From: Eledone cirrhosa
Lineage: Eukaryota
NCBI GenBank assembly: GCA_964016885.1
Contig: OZ024742.1
Coordinates: 76,012,001 to 76,076,000, forward strand
Direction of reading: 5' to 3'
Length of the DNA: 64,000 nt
Below, piece by piece: positions 26,412 through 38,600 of this stretch (position 1 is the first letter of the stretch; the number at the start of each line of letters is the position of its first letter). The notes beneath the pieces were generated by a model. It was not told where the DNA came from. It saw only the letters and a program-made list of their open reading frames with translations, and searched no databases. The translations under genes were made by a program, and so were the position numbers.

Positions 26412-29400
26412 GCTTTCTTTATTAACCACAACGGTTTACATGAAATAGACATTAAGGACAGTACAGGACAATACAGGACAGTACAAATGGGCATTTCTGC
26501 GTGTAAAAAAAAACAGAGGATGTAATAAAAATAACAATGAAAAATTCCCCAATAGGGGGCAGACATCAGAGAGACATTTGTGAAGAAAGCCCATTAAAAA
26601 GCCACAGTGACCCTGACCACCAGGGCAAGTGCTCTCTCCCAGTTGTCCACCTTTAATTTACAGACACATACTCAGAGTAGGTCCATTCACTCGGGCCATA
26701 CTTGCTTCTCTCACCCATCTTTCAACAAAATGCTGAGAAGAGAGCACTTCCCTCTCTACCCTGATTTTCCTCTTCAAATGAAATTTGAAAAAGTTAATCA
26801 GGGCATCACCGAAGAGGTAAGTTCTCGTCTTCAGCCCTTTCAAACGTGTCCACCATACTATCTCTTTCGCCATGGCCACCAGACAGATAAAAACTGCCTG
26901 CCCTTCCCGGCTAAAGGACATGGGCGGGGCAATCGTCACGATGGATTCAGCTGATAGCTGGATCCGTCCTACACGTGACAGCAGGTGTTCGACATAAACC
27001 CACAAGTCGGCAATGCTCGAACACTGGACGAGTGCGTGCAGAACGGTTTCGTCGTCCTCCGCGCATCTCGGACATGCCCGGCTGACGGCACCTCCATGCC
27101 TGTAGACTGGCAAAGCTCCTCTGTAGCACTGCCAGGCCAGGGATTTCTGGAAGTTGTCCATAGGCCCCGGTCTGAAAGTCCTTCCGAAGAGATTGGCTTG
27201 TTGATTTTTGTCGACGCCTAGAGTTTCTCCAAGTACGTCGTCGCTCTTCCCCTCCACTAATCCTCTATAGAACGCAAAGGTGGAGTTTCCACCGATCACA
27301 TTGCCCGATTGGTCGAGGAAGAAGTGGTGATGTCATAGCCTGAGCGCGTGTCTGCGCATCATCAGCCACGGCTTGCCCAGCCCACCACGTAACGGGTGTT
27401 GACAGCAGATGGACCGCCTGACCATCGGAGCGCGTCATTTCCACAAAAAGTGAAAGAGCAAACGCTCCTCCAGCGCAGTCAGGCGGGGCTTAGGACAAGA
27501 TATAAAGGTCAGGTTGTAGTAGATGGCGGACGCGATGTACGCTTTAGCCACCTCCGCTCGACCTTTCAGGGATAGCTTCCTCTCGGCCCATTTCTGTGTG
27601 AGAGAAGCCACCCTGCTAGTCACCTCATCCCAGTTTTGGTCCGTCGGGAGGTCCGGAACGAACCAGACCCCTAGCAATTTTAACCGGTCCGTCCGTCCAG
27701 CGCCCGAAGGCGCTGTTGGACGGCATGAACCTGCCTCTCAAGGTGCCGAGCTGCAGGCCCACTGACTTTTCCTGGTTGATCATTGCTCCTGTAATCGCTT
27801 AGTATTCTCTTAGTGTAGTGCGGATCGCCTCGATGTGTTTGGCGTTTGACACCACTACGGTTACATCGTCCGCATATGCTGACATGGATCTTCTGCATCC
27901 TAGTTCTTGCGGAACCCCCTTCCCCCCTCAACGTCTCCAGTTTGTGCAGTAATGGCTCCAGAGTCAATAAGTACAAGAGAGACGAGAGGGGACATCCTTG
28001 GCGGACCCAGCGCATGATGTTGAACGGTTCCGAAAGATGACCGTTCACTCTCACCACAGAGCAGATGTCGCTGTGCATGGCAGCGATCCAGCCTCTGATG
28101 ACGGGCCCAAAGTCAGCCGCCCTCAGGACTGCCGCTAGGTAACGATGATCGACCCTATCGAAAGCTTTCGACTGATCTAAATTGATCAAGGACTCACCCG
28201 TGCAGGTTCCCTAGCTACCCTCTTTCCGATGTATCGCATGACGTGGAGGTTGTCGTGGATGGATCTTTTGGGAATGGCGCATGTCTGCGCCTCTCCCACC
28301 AGACCACCAACGACAAGTGCCAACCTCTTTGCTAGCACCTTGACCAAAATCTTGAACTCTGTGTTCAGCAGAGTTATGGGGCTGAAATTATCTATGTTAT
28401 CCCCATTGTTCGGATCCTTTCTCAGCAGCGCCACTGCTCCTCGGCTCACAGGGCTGGGAATTCTCCCATTCTGTTGCCAGGAGGCCTCCGAACAAGTCTA
28501 GCATCTGTACGTAAAGTTCATAGGGCAGACCATCCAAACCAGGCGATTTACCCTTTGTGCAGCCAGTCATTGCCTCCCGTACTTCAGCGGCTGTTATCGG
28601 CTTTTCGCCAAACTCCGCCTCAGTGGCCGAGAGCCGTGAGAGTCCGTCCAGGTAGGCACTAAAGTTCATCCCTAGATCCGGCCCGCCGCTGCCCCCGAAC
28701 AGCTGTGCGAAGTGTCGCTGAAAAGTTTCACACATTTGCCTAGGATCGAGTAGCATGCGCCCGTCGTGGTCCACCAAAGACCGGATCGTGGCTTTCTTGC
28801 ACGACTGGTCTCCGCCACTCGGGCCCATTGAACGGCTTTCGTCCCCTCGTGTCTGAGAGCACACACCCTAGCTCTGACAACGCAGCCTTTGTGCTTTGCA
28901 TTGAAGAATTGGTGAAGGGCCAATTTCGCCGCAAGTACGTCGGTCGCGATGCCTTTGCTAAGCGCCTCGTCTAATTTTCTAACTAATTCTCCCTCTGCTC
29001 TATTTTTCTCTATTGCTAAAGCCTTATTAAACCTAATGGACTCCATTCTAATTGCTCTTTTCAGAGCAAACCACCACTTGTTGTTGACGATGGCCCGCGT
29101 CAACGCTCGCTTAACTAGTTCGCTAATCCGGTCTCTGCAGGCCTTGCGCACTGGTAAGGACGCGCTTAGCTTCCAGTAGCCGGCTCCTCGTCTATGAAGC
29201 CTATCTCATTCAAGCACACAGATCACGAATTTGTGGTCCTTGTAGCTGACTATCTTGAATTCTGGACAGCCTATGCTAGACCTATATATTTCCCCACAAA
29301 ATACTCTATATAGATATGATCTGGATGACCCTATGCGATTTGTCCAAGTCCACATTGGCACATTCGGGAAATCTAATCGGTACCTGTCAGACAGTTAAAA

Positions 29401-32008
29401 ACGCCTGAGCAGATTGGTGAGACTCTTGCACCCTCCTCCCCTATCCACTAATCCCACACAGTACCAGCGTGCATCTAAGATCCCGTTCCAGTCGGCCACT
29501 AACACTAAAAGGTCTGCAGACGCCGGAAGAAATCAGGCCGCCCTGCTCCTGTCGGGGCATAGACGGCCACTAACCTGAAAGCTTGCCCGTCTCCGCTGGT
29601 CACGTCCAGCACCACCAACTTACCTTCTGGTTCCAGGAAGATGGCCCGTATGGCAAGATCCAAACCTCTCCGAAAAAGCACAGCACACCCACCCCTCCGA
29701 TCCCGGACGGCTGGGAGATGCGTACACATCGTAGCCGCCGAATGTCGGTGCGAAGGCCCGTGCTTCGGGGATTCTGGTCTCGCTGATGGCCACTACATCT
29801 ATGTTTAGTGACCTGAGGTCGTTAAGCAGGTGGCCCTGCTTCCATGACGACCCCAAGCCACGCGCTTTTATGCTGCCTATTCTGAGTGTGGTGATGTTGA
29901 AATGGAGTAGAAAAGATGGGAAAGACCACTTACCTTACTTCTCGTAGAGGAAGGCCGGTTTCTCCATCCTTTTCACTGCTTGTGACCCCCCTCAGGAAGG
30001 ATGTCCTTAGAATCCTTCTGCAGAGTGCTTGTTGGACGTCTCAGATGTCTTTGGGGAATTTTTGTTTTAGTGTCATGTACGTTTTCTGTGTGATGCGAGT
30101 GATTTGTATGTGTGGAGGTGGTGTGAACTTTTGGGTTTTTGTGTAGTCTTTTTCTGTGATGCTGGTGTTGTGTTGGATGTAGTGTAATAACTGGTTGTTG
30201 TTCAAATTTAATGCTGTGTAGTGTGTATCGTTTTGGTTCTATTGTTTTTTGGGGTTTGTTGTGGGTTTGTTTCTGTTTCGCATTTTGGTGACTTTTGTGG
30301 TATAGGTGATGGGGGTGTTGGGGTTAATGATGGTGATGGTGTTGCTGTTTGGGGTGATGGGGTTGGTGAAGCTAGTGTGGATGGTGGCATGTCTGTCCTA
30401 ACTCTTTTGTTTGATAGTTTATTTGTTTCCCTCTGTATTTTGTTTTTGGAGGGGCAAGGAAGGGAATTTTTTCTTTTTTGGTTTCTTTTGTTCTTTTTTC
30501 CTTATACCGTTTCCCACTCCTCGTCGTCACAATTTGTCTCCAGTTATGATAGGGCGGGGAGTGGAGACTCCTCCACAGGCATTTTGTTCGGTTGTGGCGT
30601 GGGGGATGGTGTAGGCGCTGGTGCTAGTTCTGGCGCGTTGGGTGGTGGTGGTGTTGGTTTTGCTACTGTTGCAGGGGTTGTTGCTGTTACAGTTGCTTCT
30701 GTTGTTGCTGCCATCTCTGCTGCTGGTTGAGTCACTGGGGTGGGTAGGTGAGATGGTCTCATCCTTTTAGCCTGAGGGCAGAAAGCCCTTAGGTGGGTTC
30801 CTTCACCACAAACGACACACCTAGACCTTCTGCCCTCGACAATTACGGTGAGGTGGCTGCCGTCAGTGAGGTCTATTACCTCTGGGATCTCCTCAATTCT
30901 TTTTTGGTCCGCTTGGATCAGGAGCTCCATCCCAGATCCGGACCAGCTCTCCTACTTTTCTTTCGCTATTTCTATGAACTTCGTGTTGGCTTCGATGCCG
31001 GCGAGGACGGCAGCTATTAGTCAGGGAATTTCGATGGCCGGTGGACCGTGGGTGACCCTGATCTTTACGAGTCTCTGGCCACAATAGCTTGGGACGAGTG
31101 TGAAGTCGTCACTTCTTAATGGGGCCATGAAGTGTTCTCTAGCCTCCTGTGGTGTTTCAAAGAACACGTCCATGGTTCCATACTTCTGCCCACGTCTGAT
31201 GTGGATTTGGGACTCGGATGCCCGTTCCACTCGGCGCGATTTTATATTAATTGTTCGATAAGACACGGTGCATAGGCGCCGATGCTCCATTTTATTAGGT
31301 GTGTGTGGGGAAGGGGGGTTGAGGCTGACCCTGTACCCATCTTTCTTTACCATTTTTTAGGGTTTCATCTAATTCCTCCTGAGTAACCTGAAATGCTTCG
31401 CACTGTTTTGCTACTCTGGCAAAACTCAGGGTGGTTTTCTTAATGTCATTGTTTCTGTTGTTGTTATCGTTATTTCTTTTATTATTAATTTTAGTTTTAG
31501 TTGTGGTGGCGTCAGTGGTGTTCGGTATGGAAGAGTTCATTTTGGTTGAAATCATTTCGATATCACGAGCTAATTTATTTTTTTCTTTTGTTTCTTTTGT
31601 CGCGGTGGCGGTGGGGGTGGCGGCTTTAACACCTGCAGTCATTGGTAATGGCGGGAAATGAATGTCTGCCTGAGGCAAATTTAAAATATTGCTACTGCTT
31701 ATATTTTTTTAGTGTTGGCAAACGTAGTAACATTTACAATGGTGGTGTCGGTGTGAGGTGTTAGTTTGTGAGAAAGGAGTGACTCCGAGTCAGCCATAAT
31801 TTTTAAAAGAACATTTTTTTTGATAATTGTAAAGTTTAAATTTTGGGCTCAAAGACCCAATCTTTTTGGGTGACCTTTTCAGATAACAATGTATGTGCAC
31901 TTATATAAAGTTAACAATAACAATTTTCCATGAACGGCAAATTTAAAAAACTGAAAATAACAAACCTTTGCGGAGCTCACGATGATACGATTTACAACGT
32001 AGGTCGCC
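26412..32008 (-). mobile_element. L1/Tx1-type non-LTR retrotransposon copy A, full length but decayed (ORF1 ATG 31797, stop 29930-29932; ORF2 ~29880-26658)
   Basis: Fragmented ORFs match the 1832-aa protein (APE, LDQSKAFDRV, QGCPLS, CPRC..ETVLHALVQC); ORF1 CCHC CVVCGEGTHLRAFC; AATAAA near the 3' end; (AAT)n on both sides; same 5' end as copy C. Confidence 0.92.
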
Positions 32009-32014
32009 AATAAA

Positions 32015-32077
<63 letters not shown>

Positions 32078-35000
32078 CAGAACCAACTGGACGAAAGAAT
32101 TGAATAGAACTGTTATGCAATGTTACCTGAAAAGTAACCCCAATGAGAGCGGCTATAGGAGACGGATGCATAACATCTGGAACGAGATTGGTCTATTTAA
32201 ATTAGATGAACATAAATTGGCCGGGCAGGCTCGGGTAATAAGAACTAATGGGTGGATAAGCGAGCTGGAACTGGAGGAACTGATCAGAGAGATTAGCTTG
32301 GAGATGGAGGGTGGAGTATGCCAGGCAAACGAGCCAGTGGGAAATGAAGGTGAAGAGGTCGAGAGAACGGAGGAACCACCCTAAGCAGACAATGATCTGA
32401 ATACTGAGATAAATAATACCTGGAACAGAGATACGGCCACTGAGGAGATGAATGCTGACGGGCTAGGACAAGATTCGGTTGACATCCTAAATTTAGTGGT
32501 AGATGAATTGAATAATGATAGTAGGAGACCTATGAACCTAAGATTTGTAGACAGGAAAAAATTAAAAGAAACAACGGCTAGGGTAAACAAAGTCATCCCA
32601 TGCCTTGAGGCGAGGAGCCTTCACCAGTGCAAAAATATCCTCAAAGCAAGAGCAAATACGGTGAGGAAACTACTTGGTATAAAAGCGAGAGGAAACAACA
32701 GACAAGAAAGAGCAGAGCCTTGGTGGAAGAAACGACTGAGTGGTCAAATCAGGGAAATGAGAAATGACATTGAAAAGCTTGAGTCACTACTGAATGGGAC
32801 ACTAAAAAACATAGGCACTAAAAATAGACTGGAAATAGAGTAGAAAACTAGGAGGAAAAAGCTAAATATTATCCTAGAGGAACTGAAGCAACCCATTGTA
32901 GCAAAGAGTGCAAAAATCAGGCGATACGAGAACAGAGTCAGTCAGTATAAACAGAACCGCATGTTCGACAACAACCAGATGCTGTTTGGATAGCTTGAGG
33001 GGAAAGAAAGAGGCAACGACTTGATCCCTGAGGCGGAACAAACTAAAACATTCTGGAGAGGAATATGGGAGCAGGATGTTAGACATAATGACCAGGCAGG
33101 GTGGATTGAGACAGTACAGAGGGAGATCGGTGAGCAGGCACACCAACAAACTGATTTGAGTATCACAGTTGAAACTCTTAAGGGGCAGGCCAAAAAACTA
33201 ATCACCAGGCCCAGATGGTGTGCAGGGGTATTGGATTAAAAATATAACATCCCTCCACCCGAAACTGACAACCATGTTCAATGACTGCTTGATGTCAGGT
33301 GAGGTACCAGAGTGGTTGACAAAAGGTACCACAGTTCTGATAATGAAAGACCGAATCAAGGGTAATGATGTTACCAACTATAGACCTATCACATGTCTGT
33401 CCGTAATGTGGAAACTGTGGGACGAGCATTTTGTCTGAGGAAATCTACCATCACCTCCACACACACAACTTGTTACCGGACGAACAGAAAGGATGCCGAA
33501 AGAAGTCACGCGGTTCAAAGGACCAGTTACTTATTGATAAGATGGCAATGGGGAATTGCAGGAGGGGACACACTGATCTTGCCATGGGATGGATAGACTA
33601 CAGAAAGGCATTTGACATGGTGCCTCATTCTTGGATCACCAAAAGCCTGGAGATCTTCAAGGTGGCAGATAACATCAGACAGTTGTTGGGCAAGAGTATG
33701 AGGTCCTGGGAAACAGAGTTGACATCAACTGGAGAATCCTTGGGAAGCGTGAAGATCAAGAGAGGTATCTACCAGGGAGATAGCCTGTCCTCTCTGTTGT
33801 TTGAGCTTGCCCTGATGCCCGTGACCAGTGTACTGCGAAAAGTGAGAGCAGGATACAGGTTGGGAAAGTGAGGGCTTACCATCAATCACCTCCTCTTCAT
33901 GGACGATCTTAAGCTCTTCGGGAAGAGTGAGAAGGAGTTGGATGTGCTTGTTGACACTGTCCGTATTTTCAGCAGTGATATATGTATGCAGTTTGGTATT
34001 AGTAAGTGTGGAGTAATTGTGATGAGGAGAGGTAGGTTGAGCAGAAGTAACGGAATCCAGATACCAACAGGTGAGATGATAAAGGAAATTGACTCTGAGG
34101 AAGGATACAAGTATTTGGGCGTTCTGGAGGCTGATGGCATAACGAACAAAAAAATGAAGGAATTGTTAAGAAATGAATACATTCGGAGAATAAGGAGCGT
34201 ATTGAAGTCACATCTGAACAGCAGAAATGCCATAAGCGCAGTAAATTCCCGAGCTGTGTCTATTATTAGGTACAGTGCGGGAATTCTGAGATGGAATGTT
34301 GCTGAACAAAAAGAAATGGATAGGAAGACTAGGAAGCTATTGACTATCTACAACATGTTCCACAAGAGGAGTGATGTCGATAGACTCTACCTAAGGAGAT
34401 CTGAGGGTTGAAGAGGTATTATCAGCATAGAGGACTGTGTTCAGATGGAGAAAAACAACCTACACAAATACGTGACTGCTAGTAAGGAGCCAATGCTCAG
34501 AACTGTACTGAAGGAGGGGACAATAGGCCAGGGTATGTCCAAGGAGGAAATAACTGTTTCTACTTTAGGCACAAGGCCAGCAATTACCCAGTGCATTACT
34601 GGTACTTTATTTTATCCACCCCGTAAGGATGAAAGGCAAAGTCAACCTCGGCGGGATTTGAACTCAGATCGTAAAGGGACGTAACTATGCTGGAAAGCAT
34701 GGCGTCCGACCCTCTACCGATACTGCCAATCCACCGCCCAAGGAGGAAATAACATCAAGGAGAAAGAGCAGCCCTCAGGAAAACTCCCTTCGTAGTACCT
34801 TCTTTGAGAAAACTGAATTTAGAGATCCACAGACATGGAACTGGTTGAGAAGAGGAGACCTTAAAAAGGCTACAGAAGGAATGTTAATGGCTGCGCAGGA
34901 GCAGGCCCTCAAAACGAAGTGGTTGAAACACCATATTTACAAGGAGGAGGCTAGCCCACTGTGCAAGATCTGTGGAGAGAGAGAGGAGACTGTGGCTCAC

Positions 35001-35609
35001 ATTGTATCCGAGTGTAAACACCTAGCCCAGACCCACTATAAGGGCTGGAGACATGATGTGATGGGCAGGGTGATCCACTGGCACCTGTGCAAAGTAAACA
35101 ATTTACCACATTCTGAGAAATGGTATGAGCATAAGCCAGAGGCGGTGATGGAGAACGATCAGGTGAAGGTGCTGTCGGATTTTAGGATACAGACGGACAA
35201 GAAACTGGAACACAATAGACCTGACCTGGTGGTTGTGGACAAAGGAAAAAGATCGTGTCTGATTGTGGATGTGGCCTGCCCATTCGACACGCGAGTGCAA
35301 GAGAAGGAGAGGGAGAAAATTAACCGATACCAGGACTTAAAGTGGGAGGTAAAAAGGATTTGGAACTGCCATGAAGTCAAAGTGATCCCGATTGTCATAG
35401 GCGCACTGGGGACTATCTCCAAAAGTTTCCAGGGGATGGTTAAAGAAAATCGGCCCCTTCACGCTTTTTGAAACGCTTCAAAAGGCATGCTTGCTGGGAA
35501 CAGCAAGAACCCTCCGATACGTCCTGAATATCTGAGGCTGCAGGTAGTTGCTTGATATTCATCCCTACGGACTTTCCAGTTAACTAACATCAATGACTGA
35601 GATTCAAGG

Positions 35610-35610
<1 letters not shown>
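32078..35610 (+). mobile_element. R4/Dong-clade non-LTR retrotransposon (RT plus restriction-like endonuclease), 5'-truncated and decayed
   Basis: NYRPITCL, EQKGC, WIDYRKAFD, GIYQGDSLS, LFMDDLKLF, YKYLG, CKIC...HIVSEC knuckle, RPDLVVVD..DVAC..KINRYQDL; (AAT)n at both ends. Confidence 0.92.
34555..34737 (-). mobile_element. family 1 SINE (short form) inserted in the R4/Dong ORF with a 16-bp TSD
   Basis: CCAAGGAGGAAATAAC at 34539-34554 and 34738-34753. Confidence 0.92.
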
Positions 35611-35642
<32 letters not shown>

Positions 35643-38600
35643 GATTTCTTTATTAACCACAAGGGTTTACATAAAGTAGACATTAAGGACAGTGCAGGAC
35701 AATGCAGGACGGTACAAATGGGCATTTCTGCGTGTAAAAAAACAAAAACAGAGGATGTAACAAAAATAACAATGAAAATAACAATGAAAAATTCCCCAAT
35801 AGGGGGGAGACTTCGGAGGGACATTTGTGGAGAAAGCCCAGTAAAAAGCCACAATGACCCTGACCACCAAGTTTTCCACCTTTAATTTACAGATATATGC
35901 TCAGAGTAGGCCCATTCACTCGGGCCATTCTTGCTTCTCTCACCCATCTTTCAACAAAATGCTGGGAAGAGAGCACTTCCCTCTCTACTCTGATTTTCCT
36001 TTTCAAATGAAATTTGAAAAAGTCAATCAGAGCATCACCGAAGAGGTAAGTGCTCGTCTTCAGCCCTTTCAAACGTGTCCACCATACTATCTCTTTCGCC
36101 ATGGCCACCAGGCAGATAAAAACTGCCTGCCCTTCCCGGCTAAAGGAGGAGGGCGGGGCAATCCTCACGATGGACTCAGATGATAGCCGGATCCGTCCTA
36201 AACGCGACAGCAGTTGTTCGACATAAACCCACAAGTCAGCAATTTTCGGACACTGGACGAGTGCGTGCAGGACGGTTTCGTCGCCCTGCGCGCATCTTGG
36301 ACATGCCCGGCTGACGGCACCTCCATGCCTGTAGAGTTTATCCCGAACTGGCAAGGCTCCTCGGTAGCACTGCCAGGGCAGAGATTTCTGGAAGTTGTCC
36401 ATAGGCCCTGGCCCGAAAGTTCTTCCGAAGAGATTGGCTAGTTGATTTTCGTCGACGCCTAGAGTTTCCCCAAGTACGTCGTCGCTCTTCCCCTCCACTA
36501 ATCCTCTATAGAACGCCGAGGTGGAGTTTCCACCGATCACATTTCCCGATTGGTCGAGGGCTGTGAGCGCCTGAAGACATTCCAGTCTCCAGGCGCTCCC
36601 TCTCGGTCTTCGCTTGACCCAGGACTGCAGCTCCGTCAAGGAAACGAGCTGGGGAAACACGCGTCTAGCAAACGGCGACCACACCTGTCGTAGCCTGAGC
36701 GCGTGCCTGCGCATCATCAGCCACGGCATGCCCAGCCCTCCACGTAGCGGGTGTTGACAACAGATGGACCGCCTGACCATCGGAGCGCGTCCCTTCCACA
36801 AAAAGCGAAAGAGCAAACGCTCCAGCACAGTCAGGCCAGGCTTAGGACAAGGTACGACGGTCAGGCGGTAGCAGATGACGGACGCGATATACGCTTTAGC
36901 CACCTCCGCTCGACCTTTCAGGGATAGCTTCCTCTCGGCCCATTTCTGGGTTACAGAAGCCACCCTGCTCGTCACCTCGTCCCAGTTTTTGTCCGTCTGG
37001 AGGTCCGGACCGTACCAGACCCCTAGCAATTTAACCGGTCCGTCCGTCCAGCGTCCGACGACGCTGTTGGACGGCATGGACCTGCCTCTCCAGGTGCCGA
37101 GATGCAGGCCCACTGACTTTTCCTGGTTGATCATTGCTCCTGTCACCGCTTCGTATTCTCTTAGTGTAGTGCCGATCGCCTCGATGTGTTTGGCGTTCGA
37201 CACCACTACGGTGACATCGTCCGCATATGCTGATACGGATCTTGCGCATCCTAGTTCGCGCGGGACCCCCCTCAACGTCTCCAGTTTGTGCAGTAATGGC
37301 TCGAGAGTCAATACGTACAAGAGGGACGAGAGGGGACATCCTTGGCGGACCGAGCGCATGATGTTGAACGGTTCCGACAGGTGACCGTTCACTCTCACCA
37401 CAGAGCAGATGTCGCTGTGCATGGCAGCGATCCAGCCTCTGAAGACGGGCCCAAAGCCAGCCGCCCTCAGGACTGCCGCTAGGTAACGATGGTCGACCCT
37501 ATCGAAAGCTTTCGACTGATCTAAATTGATCAAGGACCCACCCGTGCCAGGTTCCCTAGCTACCCTCTCTACGATGTATCGCATGAGGTGGAGGTTGTCG
37601 TGGATGGATCTGTCGGGAATGGCGCATGTCTGCGCCTCTCCCACCAGACCACCAACGACAAGCGCCAACCTCTTTGCTAGCACCTTGGCCAGAATCTTAA
37701 ACTCTGTGTTTAGCAGAGTTTTGGGCCGGAAATTTTCTATGTTATCCCCCTTGTTCGGATTCTTTCTCAGCAGTGCCACCGCTCCTCGGCTCACAGAACT
37801 GGGAATTCTCCCGTTCTGTTGCCAGTTGCAGTAGACGTTCGCCAAGAGGCCTCCGAACAAGTCTGGCATCTGTACGTAAAGTTCATAGGGCAGACCATCC
37901 AAACCAGGCGATGTACCCCTTGTGCAGCCAGTCATTGCCTCCCTTACTTCAGCGGCTGTTATCGGCTTTTCGCAACACTTCGCCTCAGTGGCCGAGAGCC
38001 GCGGCAGTCCGTCGAGGTAGACACTAAAGTCCATCCCTCTACCCGGCCCACCGCTGCCCCCGAACAGCTGAGCGAAGTGTCGGTGAAAAGCTTCACACAT
38101 TTGCCCGGGATCGAGTAGCATGCGCCCGTCGTGGTCCACCAAAGACCGGATCGTGGCTACGTTGCCACGACGCGCCTCCACCACTCGGGCCCATTGAACG
38201 GCTTTCGTCCCCTCGTGTCTGAGAGCACGCACCCTTGCTCTGACAACGCAGCCTTCGTGCTTTGCATTGAAGAATTGGTCAAGGGCCAATTTCGCCGCAA
38301 GCACGTCGGTCGCAATGCCTTTGCTAAGCGCCTCGTCTAATTTTCTAACTAGTTCTCCCTCTGCTCTATTTTTCTCTATTGCTAAAGCCTTACTAAACCT
38401 AATGGATTCTATTCTAATCGCTCTTTTCAGAGCAAACCACCACTTGTTGTTGACGATGGCCCCCGTCAACGCCCGCTTAACTAGTTCGCTAATCCGGTCT
38501 CTGTAGGCCTTGCGCGCTGGTAAGGACGCGTTTAGCTTCCAGTAGCCGGGTCTTCGTCTATGAAGCCTATCTAAGTCAAGCACACAGATCACGAATTTGT

